From: Gaiellales bacterium
Lineage (GTDB): Bacteria > Actinomycetota > Thermoleophilia > Gaiellales > JAICJC01
Direction of reading: 5' to 3'
Assembly: GCA_038230835.1 (NCBI GenBank)
Contig: JBBRMM010000017.1
Span: 1,185-65,184, forward strand
DNA: 64,000 nt
In this document: positions 29,712 through 39,158 of the stretch, one piece after another
Layout of the letters: every line of letters starts with the position of its first letter
Position numbering within the stretch: position 1 is the first letter of the stretch
Translations under genes and position numbers: made by a program
The notes under the pieces: generated by a model
Told to the model about the DNA's origin: nothing
The model's database searches: none
The model's input: only the letters and a program-made list of their open reading frames with translations

Positions 29712-30135
29712 CATCGGCGCGGCCCAACCGCTGCCCGCCGCCGAGCTCGAGTTTCGCTTCACCCGCAGCGGCGGGCCCGGCGGCCAGCACGTGAACACGT
29801 CGTCCACGCGGGTCGAGCTCGTCTTCGATGTCGCCCGCAGCCCGAGCCTGACCGACCTCGAGCGCGAGCGCGCCCGCCGCCGCCTGGGCGGGAAGCTGGA
29901 CAGCGAAGGCCGGCTGCGCGTCGTGGCCCAGGACGAGCGCAGTCAGGCCCGGAACCGCGCGCTTGCCATCGAGCGCTTCTGCGAGCTGATGCGCACGGCT
30001 CTCGCACCGCCCCCCCCGCCCCGCCGCCCGACCCGGCCCAGCCGCGCCGCGCAAAATCGGCGGATCGACGAGAAGAAGCAGGCCGGCGAGCGCAAGCGGC
30101 TGCGGCGCCCGCCGCCCTCCGACGAGGCGGGATGA
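29704..30135 (+). CDS. arfB: alternative ribosome rescue peptidyl-tRNA hydrolase
   Basis: RSGGPGGQHVN, RSQARNR and a basic tail RRPTRPS...R...KK...K.LR. Confidence 0.95.
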   Translation: MFDIGAAQPLPAAELEFRFTRSGGPGGQHVNTSSTRVELVFDVARSPSLTDLERERARRRLGGKLDSEGRLRVVAQDERSQARNRALAIERFCELMRTALAPPPPPRRPTRPSRAAQNRRIDEKKQAGERKRLRRPPPSDEAG

Positions 30136-30150
30136 GATAGGTTCGCCTGC

Positions 30151-30864
30151 ATGACGCGGACGCGAGCGCTGGTCACCGGTGGCGGCACCGGCATCGGAGC
30201 GGCGATCGCCCACCGGCTGGCGGCCGACGGCGCCCAGGTGTGGGCGATGGGTCGGAGGCGGGCGCCGCTCGAGGAGGTGGGCCTGGGTGTGATCGTCGGT
30301 GACGTGACCGCCGCGGCCGACCGCACGGCGGCGCTGGCGGCCACCGGCGACCTGGACGTGCTGGTGAATTGCGCGGGCGTCGGCGACGCCGGCTGGAGCG
30401 AGACGATCGACGTCAACCTGACGGCGGCGCACGAGCTGGCGGAACTGGCCGCGCCAGGTCTCACGCGCCGTCGCGGCTCGATCGTCAATATCTCGTCCGT
30501 GGCCGGCATCGTCGCCGGGCCGGGAGAGCCGGCCTACGCCGTGTCCAAGGCCGGCATGTTGATGCTGACCCGCGCGCTGGCGGTCAGACTTGGACCGCTG
30601 GGGGTGCGGGTGAACGCGATCTGCCCGGGGTGGGTGCGCACCCCGATGGCCGACGGTGAGGTGTGCGCTCTCGAAGGTGACGTCGAGGCCGGGTATGCGC
30701 GGGTGACAAAGCACGTGCCGCTGCGGCGGCCGGGCCTGCCGCAGGAGGTCGCCTTCGCGGCGGCGTTCCTGGCGTCACCCGACGCCAGCTACATCAACGG
30801 CGCGGTGCTGACCGTGGACGGCGGCATGACCGCGGTCGACGTGGGCATGATCGAGTTCGAGTAG
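30151..30864 (+). CDS. SDR family oxidoreductase
   Basis: TGGGTGIG, NCAG, YAVSK, VNAICPG and VDGG motifs. Confidence 0.9.
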   Translation: MTRTRALVTGGGTGIGAAIAHRLAADGAQVWAMGRRRAPLEEVGLGVIVGDVTAAADRTAALAATGDLDVLVNCAGVGDAGWSETIDVNLTAAHELAELAAPGLTRRRGSIVNISSVAGIVAGPGEPAYAVSKAGMLMLTRALAVRLGPLGVRVNAICPGWVRTPMADGEVCALEGDVEAGYARVTKHVPLRRPGLPQEVAFAAAFLASPDASYINGAVLTVDGGMTAVDVGMIEFE

Positions 30865-30879
30865 CGGGCTGCGCAACCC

Positions 30880-31308
30880 CTACGGCCGGTTGACCGTGAC
30901 CTTGAAGCTCGTCCCGTCGGCGGGCAACTCGTGAAACTCGGGGTTCAGGCAGCCGAGCGGGTCAGCGCGGTCCTCGTAGGCGCGCTCGACGCTCGACGCG
31001 CAGATCTCGAGCGGCTGACGCGCCACCAGCACCGCCCCGAAGCCGTGCCGGCGGCGGCTCGACTTGCGCAGGACCTCGAGGTCGAGCTCGGTCGAGAAGA
31101 TCCCGCGCGTGCACCCGACATAGGTGCGGCCGAACGCCTCGTGCGCATAGAGGAACGGACACGACCGGGTCAGGCATTCCGACGGGTAGACCACCTTCTG
31201 GCAGACGACCCCGCAGCCGCGGCACTCGACCGCGTCAGCGGCGGGTGCAGTCGGCGGCAGCTGTGGAAGTCCCTTCATCCCTCCCAGCTTAACCCCGCTC
31301 GCGGACAC
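30880..31308 (-). CDS. Cys-rich hypothetical protein
   Basis: Eight Cys including CRGCGVVC; overlaps the HAD gene end; start may be the ATG at 31278. Confidence 0.7.
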   Translation of the reverse strand: MSASGVKLGGMKGLPQLPPTAPAADAVECRGCGVVCQKVVYPSECLTRSCPFLYAHEAFGRTYVGCTRGIFSTELDLEVLRKSSRRRHGFGAVLVARQPLEICASSVERAYEDRADPLGCLNPEFHELPADGTSFKVTVNRP

Positions 31309-32065
31309 GGTCTACTGCCTGCAGCACCTGCATCGGTTCGCTGGCGACGACGTCGGCGAGCGCGTGGTCGCCCTCGTCAGACCGAAACCACGTCGCAAGA
31401 CAGGTGGCCATCCCCTCGCGGGCGGGCCCGACCACGTCCTCGAGCACTCGGTCGCCGACGAACAGCGTGCGCTCCGGCGGCACGCCGGCGGCGGTCAGCG
31501 CCGCCTGGTAGATGCGCGGGGAGGGCTTGCGCCAGCCCACCGCGGTGGACAGGATCACGGCGTCCGCACGCTGCGTCATCTGCTCGGCGGCCATCACCTC
31601 GAGCAGCAGATCGGGCGGGTCGAGCGTGTTGGACACATATCCCACCCGGATCCCGCGGCCGCGCAGCTCGTCGATCAGGCGCGGTGCGTCCGGGTGCAGG
31701 TGGCGCACCGCGTCCCAGGAGCGGATCTGCGCCCGCATCGCCGCGTGCAGATCGACTGCCCCGGGCTGGACGCCGAACCGTTCCAGCGCAGCTCGCAGGA
31801 CGCGGGCGTAGTCAACCTCGGCATAGTCCACGGCCGCCTCGGTGGCCTGCTCCAACAATTCGCCGGTGAGGGTGTGGAACGCCTGCAGGTCGACGCTCGA
31901 GGCGCCCAGAGCTGCCAGCAGCACCCCCTCGCCCTCGACCAGCGTCGACTCGTCCCAGCGGATGTCGACCAGGGTGTGCCCATAGTCGAACAACACCGCA
32001 CCGACGCCCGTCACGGTGCCTGGCACCTCAACAGTTGTCACGGCGCCCGTGACGGTGCCAGGCAC
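31289..32065 (-). CDS. HAD superfamily hydrolase
   Basis: FDYGHTL, VSN, KPSPRIY and FVGD...D..G motifs; N-terminus overlaps a palindromic repeat, start uncertain. Confidence 0.85.
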   Translation of the reverse strand: MPGTVTGAVTTVEVPGTVTGVGAVLFDYGHTLVDIRWDESTLVEGEGVLLAALGASSVDLQAFHTLTGELLEQATEAAVDYAEVDYARVLRAALERFGVQPGAVDLHAAMRAQIRSWDAVRHLHPDAPRLIDELRGRGIRVGYVSNTLDPPDLLLEVMAAEQMTQRADAVILSTAVGWRKPSPRIYQAALTAAGVPPERTLFVGDRVLEDVVGPAREGMATCLATWFRSDEGDHALADVVASEPMQVLQAVDRVRERG

Positions 32066-32071
32066 CGTGAC
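32010..32071. repeat. REP-like pair of GGTGCCWGGCACC palindromes forming an 18-bp inverted repeat
   Basis: GTCACGGTGCCTGGCACC (32010-32027) and GGTGCCAGGCACCGTGAC (32054-32071). Confidence 0.85.
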
Positions 32072-32099
32072 AGGTGTGTGCGGGAGTGTCGGGAGGGAG

Positions 32100-33554
32100 T
32101 CACACAGCAGCCCGGTGATCGTCGAAGCGGTGGCGCACGGTCAGCCGCTTGGCCGCCCCCGCCTCGTCCAACCGGGTGACCGGCCGGGTGTGCGGCGCCG
32201 TCTTCAGCATCTGGGGATCGTCCGCCGCCTCGCGGGCGATCGCCAGCATGGCGTCGCAGAAGGCGTCCAGGGTCTCCAGCGTCTCGGTCTCGGTCGGTTC
32301 GATCATCAGCGCCTCGGGCACGATCAGCGGGAAGTACACCGTGGGCGGGTGGAACCCGTGATCCATCAGCCGCTTGGCGACGTCCAGCGCGGTGATCCCG
32401 TGGTCGCGCTTGAGGCCGCGCGCCGAGAGCACGAACTCGTGCATGCACAGCCGGTCGACCGGCAGGTCGTAGGCATCCTTCAGCCGGGCGAGGATGTAGT
32501 TCGCGTTCAGCACCGCCACCTCGGACATCTCGCGCAAGCCCGGGCCCCACATGCGCATGAACGCATACGCGCGCACGAAGACTCCGAACGGCCCGCAGAA
32601 GCCGCGCACCTTGCCGATCGAGCGTGGCCGGTCGAACTCCCGCCGGAAGCGGTCGCCCTCGCGCACGATCACCGGCACCGGCAGGAACGGCTCGAGTGCG
32701 GTCCGCACCGCCACCGGCCCTCCCCCCGGCCCGCCGCCGCCGTGCGGCTGGCTGAAGGTCTTGTGCAGGTTGTAGTGGATGATGTCGAAGCCCATGTCCC
32801 CCGGCCGCGAGATGCCGCACACCGCGTTCAGGTTGGCGCCGTCGTAGTACAGGAGCGCGCCGGCGGAGTGGAAGATCTCCGCGATATCGACGATCCGCTC
32901 CTCGAACAGGCCGAGCGTCGAAGGGTTGGTCAGCATCAGACCGGCGGTGGAGGGGCCGACCTTGCCGCGCAGGTCGTCCACGTCGATGTTGCCGCGGGGG
33001 TCGGTCTTCACCGGCACCAGGGTGTACCCGGCCATCGCCACCGACGCCGGGTTGGTGCCGTGGGCGGTGTCGGGGATCACGATCTCGCGCCGCGCCTCAT
33101 CCTCGCCGCGGTCGGCGAAGTAGGCGCGCATCAGGGTGAGGCCGGTCAGCTCACCCTGCGACCCGGCTGCGGGTTGCAGCGACACCGCATCCAGCCCGGC
33201 CACCTCCGCCAGCATGCCCTGCAGCCGCCACATCAGCTCCAGGGCACCCTGGGCGCCGTCGTCGTCCTGGTGGGGATGCAGGTCCCGAAAACCGGGCAGG
33301 CCGACCACGCGCTCGTTGACGCGCGGGTTGTACTTCATCGTGCACGATCCGAGCGGGTAGAACCCGGTGTCGATGCCGAACGTCCGTGTGGACAGCTCCA
33401 CCACGTGGCGCACGAGCTCGGGCTCGGCCAGCTCGGGCAACCGCGGGGGCTCGCTGCGGGCGAACTCGTCGGGCAGCGCTGACTCGGGGACGTCGGGCGA
33501 AGGGATCCGGCCCGCTCGCCGTCCGGCCTGCGACTTCTCGTAGATCAGCTTCAT
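32100..33554 (-). CDS. gcvPB: glycine dehydrogenase subunit 2
   Basis: FYPLGSCTMKYNP, QPAAGSQGE, AHGTNPAS and NLHKTFSQPHGGGGPG motifs. Confidence 0.97.
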   Translation of the reverse strand: MKLIYEKSQAGRRAGRIPSPDVPESALPDEFARSEPPRLPELAEPELVRHVVELSTRTFGIDTGFYPLGSCTMKYNPRVNERVVGLPGFRDLHPHQDDDGAQGALELMWRLQGMLAEVAGLDAVSLQPAAGSQGELTGLTLMRAYFADRGEDEARREIVIPDTAHGTNPASVAMAGYTLVPVKTDPRGNIDVDDLRGKVGPSTAGLMLTNPSTLGLFEERIVDIAEIFHSAGALLYYDGANLNAVCGISRPGDMGFDIIHYNLHKTFSQPHGGGGPGGGPVAVRTALEPFLPVPVIVREGDRFRREFDRPRSIGKVRGFCGPFGVFVRAYAFMRMWGPGLREMSEVAVLNANYILARLKDAYDLPVDRLCMHEFVLSARGLKRDHGITALDVAKRLMDHGFHPPTVYFPLIVPEALMIEPTETETLETLDAFCDAMLAIAREAADDPQMLKTAPHTRPVTRLDEAGAAKRLTVRHRFDDHRAAV

Positions 33555-34879
33555 GCCCCCACCTCCTCCAGCACGCGGGCCAGCCGGTCGATGTCGGCCG
33601 CCGTCCGCCGCTCGGTGACCGCCACCAGCAACGCGTCGTCCATGCCCGGATAGTCACGGCCCAGCGCATACCCCGGGTGCACGCCCCGCTCACGGGCAGC
33701 CGACACCACCTCGGCCGCCGGCCGCCTGGTGCGCACCACGAACTCCTTCACGCTCGGCCGGTCGAACAGCAGCGGTAGTCCGAGCCGCTGCTTGGCATAC
33801 TCGGACAGCGAGAGGCAGGCCTGGCCCACCTCGCGCAGGCCATGCGGGCCGAGCCACGCCAGGTACACCAGCCCGGTCAGTGCAAGCAGGGTCTGGTTGG
33901 TGGTGATGTTGGAGGTCGCCTTCTCGCGCCGGATGTGCTGCTCGCGGGTCTGCAGCGTGAGCACGAACCCGCGCCGGCCCTCGGTGTCCACCGTCTCACC
34001 GACGATCCTGCCCGGCAGCCGCCGCACGTGCTCCATGCGGGCGGCCACGAAACCGTAGTGCGGACCGCCGTAGGACAGTGGGTTGCCGGCCGACTGGCCC
34101 TCCCCGATCGCAAGCTGGGCGCCGTACACGCCCGGAGCCTCGAGCAGCCCCAGCGTCATCAGGTCGACGTGCGCCACCGACACCGCCCCGGCGCTGTTCG
34201 CGACCTCGGCCAGGTCGGCGACAGGCTCCAGGCACCCGAAGAAGTTCGGCTGCGGGAAGATCACGCAGGCGGCGTCGGAGACCACCGCGCGCAGATCGTC
34301 GGGACTGGTCACGCCGTCGCGATGATCGACCTCCACCACCTGCATCCCGAACCCGGGGGCGAACGTGCGCACGACCGCCCGCACCTGCGGGTTGAGCGTG
34401 CTCGTGAGCACGATCTTGGAGCGGCCCGTGGCGCTGCGGGAGACCAGGCAGGCGTCGGCTGCGACAGTGGTGCCGTCGTAGCCGGAGGCGTTCGAGACTT
34501 CCATCCCCGTCAGCTCGCAGATCGCGGTCTGGTACTCGAAGATGGCCTGCAGCGTGCCCTGGCTCATCTCGGGCTGGTAGGGCGTGTAGGCGGTCAGCAG
34601 CTCGTTTCGCTGCGCGACCAGCTCGGCCACAGCAGGCACGTAGTGGTCGTAGATCCCGGCACCCAGGAAGCACAGCTCGCGCCCGGTGTGGGCGTTGCGA
34701 TCGGCGAGCTCGCCGAGGTGGGCGACCAACTCCTGCTCCGTGAGCGCCGGTTCCAGGTCGAGCGGGCGGCTCAGACGCACCCCGGCCGGGATCTCCGCGA
34801 ACAGCTCCTCCACGCTACCCACGCCGATCGTGCGCAGCATCCGCTCGCGATCGGCCGTGGTGACGGACGAGAAGCTCAC
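33551..34879 (-). CDS. gcvPA: glycine dehydrogenase subunit 1
   Basis: FLGAGIYDHYVP, TAYTPYQPE.SQG and LQTREQHIRREKATSNI motifs. Confidence 0.97.
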   Translation of the reverse strand: MSFSSVTTADRERMLRTIGVGSVEELFAEIPAGVRLSRPLDLEPALTEQELVAHLGELADRNAHTGRELCFLGAGIYDHYVPAVAELVAQRNELLTAYTPYQPEMSQGTLQAIFEYQTAICELTGMEVSNASGYDGTTVAADACLVSRSATGRSKIVLTSTLNPQVRAVVRTFAPGFGMQVVEVDHRDGVTSPDDLRAVVSDAACVIFPQPNFFGCLEPVADLAEVANSAGAVSVAHVDLMTLGLLEAPGVYGAQLAIGEGQSAGNPLSYGGPHYGFVAARMEHVRRLPGRIVGETVDTEGRRGFVLTLQTREQHIRREKATSNITTNQTLLALTGLVYLAWLGPHGLREVGQACLSLSEYAKQRLGLPLLFDRPSVKEFVVRTRRPAAEVVSAARERGVHPGYALGRDYPGMDDALLVAVTERRTAADIDRLARVLEEVGA

Positions 34880-35268
34880 AGTGCGTCCACGAGGGCGCGG
34901 TAGGCGTCCGCATCCATCAGCGTGTCGAGCTCCGTCGGGTCGGCCATCCGCACCTTGATCAGCCAGCCGTCGCCGTACGGTTCGTCGTTGATGGTCGACT
35001 CGCTGCCCTCCAGACCGGCGTTGACCTCGGTCACCTCCCCCGACAGCGGCGCGATCAGCGCCGACACGGCCTTGGTCGACTCGAGTTCGCCGTAGACGGA
35101 ATCCTTCTGCACGCTCGCGCCGACCTCCGGAGGGCTGTAGTACACCACCTCGCCGAGGCTGTCCTGTGCGTAGTGTGTGATGCCGAAGGTCGCGATCTCA
35201 CCGTCGACACGCACCCAATCGTGTTCCTCGTGGTAGTGCAGCTCCGGGGGGTACGTGGGCTCGCTCAC
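34876..35268 (-). CDS. gcvH: glycine cleavage system H protein
   Basis: Y.EEH.W, GIT.YAQ..LG, ESTKA (lipoyl Lys) and PYG.GW motifs. Confidence 0.97.
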   Translation of the reverse strand: MSEPTYPPELHYHEEHDWVRVDGEIATFGITHYAQDSLGEVVYYSPPEVGASVQKDSVYGELESTKAVSALIAPLSGEVTEVNAGLEGSESTINDEPYGDGWLIKVRMADPTELDTLMDADAYRALVDAL

Positions 35269-36329
35269 CGCGAGGCCTCCTTATGGTAGAGGGGCTTTGA
35301 TTCGACCCGGGCGGCGATCCATCGGCCGCGCACGTCGATGCTGATCTCGCTGCCGGGGTCGGCGCTGGCGGCCGGAACATAGGCCATGCCGATGCCGACG
35401 CCGAGCGACGGCGACATGGTGCCGCTGGTCACTTCTCCGGCCGGGTCGACAGCCATCCCCTGCCGGGGGATGCCGCGCTCGCCCATCCGGAAGGCGATCA
35501 GCCGGTCGAACCCGCCGGCGTCGCGCTGGGCCCGGAGCGCGTCGGCGCCGACGAAGTCCTTGCGGTCCAGGCCGCAGGCCCAACCCAGGCCGGCCTCGAG
35601 CGCGGTGCGCTGCTCCGACAGGTCGTTGCCGTACAGCGGATAGCACACCTCGAGCCGCAGCGTGTCTCGGGCCCCGAGGCCGCACGGAACCGCACCCGCG
35701 GCCACCAGGGCGTCCCACAGCTCCCCGGCCCGCTCGGCCGCAACCATCAACTCGACGCCGGGCTCGCCGGTATACCCGGTGCGTGCAACCACCGCCGGCA
35801 CGCCGCAGACCGGAGTCTCGGCGAAGCCGAACGGCGCAAGCTCGGGCAACTCGACCAACTCCAGAGCGCGCGGCCCCTGCAGGGCCAGCATCGCCATCTC
35901 ATCCGACCGATCGTCCAACCCCACACCGCCGGGGAGATCGCGTTCGAGCCACCCGCGGTCGTCGGCGACCCGCGAGGCGTTCACCACCAGCAGCACATGG
36001 TCGTCGCCGAACCGGTAGGCGATCAGGTCGTCGATCGGACAGCCGAGCTCGTTCAGCAGCAGTGTGTACTGCGCCTGCCCCGGCCCGATCCGGGACAGAT
36101 CGTTGGACAGCATGAGCTGGAGATAGTCCAGGGTCTGCGGGCCGCGCAGCTCGAACTGGCCCATGTGCGAGACGTCGAACACCCCGGCCGCCGTGCGCAC
36201 CGCCCGGTGCTCGGGAATGATCCCCTGGTACTGCACCGGCATTGCCCAGCCCGCGAACGGAACGATGCGCCCGCCGGCCGCGACGTGGCGGTCGTAAAGC
36301 GGCGTTCGGCGAAGGCCATCCGGCTGCAT
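35265..36329 (-). CDS. gcvT: glycine cleavage system aminomethyltransferase T
   Basis: RTPLY..H, FAGW.MPVQY, FDVSHMG, RTGYTGE and GLGARDTLRLE motifs. Confidence 0.97.
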   Translation of the reverse strand: MQPDGLRRTPLYDRHVAAGGRIVPFAGWAMPVQYQGIIPEHRAVRTAAGVFDVSHMGQFELRGPQTLDYLQLMLSNDLSRIGPGQAQYTLLLNELGCPIDDLIAYRFGDDHVLLVVNASRVADDRGWLERDLPGGVGLDDRSDEMAMLALQGPRALELVELPELAPFGFAETPVCGVPAVVARTGYTGEPGVELMVAAERAGELWDALVAAGAVPCGLGARDTLRLEVCYPLYGNDLSEQRTALEAGLGWACGLDRKDFVGADALRAQRDAGGFDRLIAFRMGERGIPRQGMAVDPAGEVTSGTMSPSLGVGIGMAYVPAASADPGSEISIDVRGRWIAARVESKPLYHKEASR

Positions 36330-36403
36330 CCGGTCGCGCAGTCTACTCGCTCACGCGGTCAACCCGCCGCTGTCCCCGGCCGCGCGAAGCGCGGCCGACA
36401 CTC

Positions 36404-37480
36404 CTACTCGTCGCGCAGGAAGGACGGGATCTCGAGCGGGTCGGTCGTGCTGGGCGCGGACGGCTCCTCCGAGGCCAGCGGCCGGCGCGTCTCGCGGCCG
36501 ACGGCGAACGCCGCCGCGGGACGGTCGATCGACTTGCGATCGAACCCGGTGGCGATCACGGTCACGCGCACCTGATCCCCGAGCGCCTCGTCGATCACCG
36601 CGCCGAAGATGATGTTGGCGTCGCCGTCGGAGGCGCTGCCGATGATCTCCGCCGCCTCGTTGACCTCGAACAGGCCGAGGTCGGCGCCGCCGGTGATGTT
36701 GAGCAGGATCCCGGTCGCGCCCTCCACCGATGCTTCCAGCAGCGGCGAGGAGATGGCCGCCTTGGCGGCCTCGGCGGCGCGGTTCTCGCCGCCCGCGACG
36801 CCGATCCCCATCAACGCCGAGCCCGCCTGGCGCATGATGGTGCGCACGTCGGCGAAGTCGAGGTTGATCAGACCGGGCACGGTGATCAGGTCGGTGATGC
36901 CCTGCACGCCCTGGCGGAGCACGTCGTCGGCGATGCGGAAGGCGTCCACGATCGACGTCCGCTTCTCGACCACCTGCAGCAGCCGGTCGTTGGGGATGAT
37001 GATCAGCGTGTCGACCTTGTCCCGCAGCTGGCGGATGCCCTGCTCGGCCTGGTCGGCCCGCTTGCGACCCTCGAAGCCGAACGGCCGCGTCACCACGCCG
37101 ACCGTCAGCGCTCCCAGCTCACGTGCGATCTCGGCGATCACCGGTGCCGCGCCCGTGCCCGTGCCACCGCCCTTGCCGGCAGTGACGAACACCATGTCCG
37201 CACCCTTGAGCGCCTCTTTCAACTCGTCGCGACTCTCCAGCGCGGCCTCCTGGCCGATGGCCGGGTCGGCCCCGGCGCCCAGACCGCGGGTGATCTTGGA
37301 GCCGATGTGGATCTTGACGTCGGCATCGCACATGAGCAACGCCTGCGCGTCCGTGTTGACCGCGATGAACTCCACGCCCCGCAGGCCGGCGTCGACCATC
37401 CGGTTTACGGCGTTGGTGCCGCCGCCGCCGACACCCACGACCTTGATCACCGCGAGGTAATTGCCGCTCTGGTCCCTCAT
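36404..37480 (-). CDS. ftsZ: cell division protein FtsZ
   Basis: [30 protein letters not shown] and C-terminal LEIPSFLR. Confidence 0.99.
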   Translation of the reverse strand: MRDQSGNYLAVIKVVGVGGGGTNAVNRMVDAGLRGVEFIAVNTDAQALLMCDADVKIHIGSKITRGLGAGADPAIGQEAALESRDELKEALKGADMVFVTAGKGGGTGTGAAPVIAEIARELGALTVGVVTRPFGFEGRKRADQAEQGIRQLRDKVDTLIIIPNDRLLQVVEKRTSIVDAFRIADDVLRQGVQGITDLITVPGLINLDFADVRTIMRQAGSALMGIGVAGGENRAAEAAKAAISSPLLEASVEGATGILLNITGGADLGLFEVNEAAEIIGSASDGDANIIFGAVIDEALGDQVRVTVIATGFDRKSIDRPAAAFAVGRETRRPLASEEPSAPSTTDPLEIPSFLRDE

Positions 37481-37527
37481 CGCTCGACCTCCATCGACCG
37501 CGCCGAATCCACCGACATTCTCAATCT

Positions 37528-37690
37528 AACCCTCAAGTTGAAGGTTTGGCTCATAAAACACGTCGAGCCCAGGCGACGGGCGCAACGAACGGACCCGGCG
37601 CAGGGGCTCCGGAGTGGAGCCTACCGGGCGCCGCTCTCGCTGTCAAGTCGAAGGTGAGAGCCATGAGACTCGACCTCTACTTGACGGTCA
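37528..37690. promoter_or_regulatory. three related imperfect palindromes upstream of ftsZ (FtsR-type operator candidates)
   Basis: AACCCTCAAGTTGAAGGTT (37528-46), CTCTCGCTGTCAAGTCGAAGGTGAGAG (37634-60), and on the minus strand TGACCGTCAAGTAGAGGTCGAG (37669-90). Confidence 0.65.
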
Positions 37691-38482
37691 TGATCGGAAG
37701 CCGATGCCCTGCGCCACCCGCAGCGGCGCGGACACGTCGACGTATGCCAGTCTCGACCGGTTCGCTCCCTGTGCGCTGAGCACCCTGGCAGCAACCCGGA
37801 GTTTGAGTGCGAGTTGCGTGGGCACGCCGAGCTTGATCTTGAGGTGGCGCCCGATCACCGCCGTCAAGCTTCCGCCGCCTGAGTAGATGCGTGTGATCGC
37901 GCCCAGTCGGCGACCGAACTGGGGAGGGGCAGCGGTCAGGACGGCGAGCGCCGCCTGCAGGTTGGGATCGCGAGCCGTCGTTCCGACCGTCAGCTTGGAG
38001 GCACCGGGCAGGACCACGGCCGCGAGATGCGGTGGCTGCTTGGCGGCGACGCTCAACACCCGCCCGTCGGATGCCACCAGGTAGGTCGAGCCGCCCACGG
38101 CAGCGGCCACGGCGGGGTGGTAGGGCACGAGCGTCACGGAGAGTGCGTTCGGGAATGCCCGGTCGACCGTCACCGACCGGACGTACGGCATCCCCTCGAC
38201 CGTCCGCTCGAGCGACGACGCATCCACGCTGAGCAGGTTGCGCCCGCCGCTGGAGCGCATCAGCAACTGCCGCACCTGCGCGTCCAGAGCCGGTGGGCCG
38301 CCGCGGACGTCCACGCTGCGGACGGCGAACACCGACGAGGCCTTGAGCACCTGGTACCCGCCGACGCACATCACCAGCCCGATCCCCGACAGCAGGACGA
38401 CCAGCCGCCGGCGTCCGCGCTCGCGAGCCACCGCCCGCCGACGGGCCAGCAGCCCGCCATCGATCTGCACGGCGTGGTCCAT
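37688..38482 (-). CDS. ftsQ: cell division protein FtsQ/DivIB
   Basis: Basic N-terminus, TM, POTRA (P.V.SV.VDRAFPN.L), C-terminal YVDVSAP.R; position before ftsZ. Confidence 0.9.
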   Translation of the reverse strand: MDHAVQIDGGLLARRRAVARERGRRRLVVLLSGIGLVMCVGGYQVLKASSVFAVRSVDVRGGPPALDAQVRQLLMRSSGGRNLLSVDASSLERTVEGMPYVRSVTVDRAFPNALSVTLVPYHPAVAAAVGGSTYLVASDGRVLSVAAKQPPHLAAVVLPGASKLTVGTTARDPNLQAALAVLTAAPPQFGRRLGAITRIYSGGGSLTAVIGRHLKIKLGVPTQLALKLRVAARVLSAQGANRSRLAYVDVSAPLRVAQGIGFRS

Positions 38483-38525
38483 ACGGCGACATTCGACCGG
38501 CGCAGCTGCGATCCTGCCCACCAAG

Positions 38526-39158
38526 ATGGTGACTGACGAGATCCACCGATGGCTCGAACGGACGCTGGGATCGGCGGTCGAGGTGCAGCCGGTGGCCGGC
38601 CGTGACGGGCACCGCATCCATCGCGTCGAGGTGGCCGACGGCCGGCTGGCGTTTCTCAAGGCTGCACCCGACGCGGACGGCGAGCGGGCACGGCTGGAAT
38701 GGCTCGACGGGCGGGCACCGGCGCCTCGGGTGCTCGGATTCAGGCAGGCTGCCGGGGCGGACGACCTGCTGCTCACCTCGGCCGTCGGGGGCCGCGACCT
38801 GACGACGCTGGTCGACCACCCGGACCGTGTGGTGGCGCTCCTGGCCACGGGGCTGCGGCAACTGCACTCCCTCGACGCCTCCGGGTGCCCGTTCGGCGCG
38901 CCGGGCCGGGGCTCCGTTCTGATCCACGGTGACGCGTGCCTGCCGAACGTGCTCTCCGACGGGACGCGGATCACCGGCTACGTCGATCTTGCCGAGTGCG
39001 GCCTCGGCGATCCGCAGGACGATCTCGCTGCCGCCGTGTGGAGCCTCGACTACAACCTCGGGCCGGGCCACGGGCTGCGGTTCCTGCGAGCCTACGGCGT
39101 GACGGACGCCGACGAGCCGATGGTTGACCGACTGCGCGCCGCCTACGACGGCGACTGA
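38526..39158 (+). CDS. APH(3')-like phosphotransferase, internally shortened
   Basis: FLK, E..RLEWL, P.VL, L..LH.L....CPF, HGDACLPN, G.VDL and D...DLA motifs. Confidence 0.85.
   Translation: MVTDEIHRWLERTLGSAVEVQPVAGRDGHRIHRVEVADGRLAFLKAAPDADGERARLEWLDGRAPAPRVLGFRQAAGADDLLLTSAVGGRDLTTLVDHPDRVVALLATGLRQLHSLDASGCPFGAPGRGSVLIHGDACLPNVLSDGTRITGYVDLAECGLGDPQDDLAAAVWSLDYNLGPGHGLRFLRAYGVTDADEPMVDRLRAAYDGD

Noticed and set aside
36330-36403. Glycine riboswitch before gcvT
   Set aside because: Only 74 nt between ftsZ and gcvT, with no GGAGA/CCGAAG/CTCTCAGG motifs.
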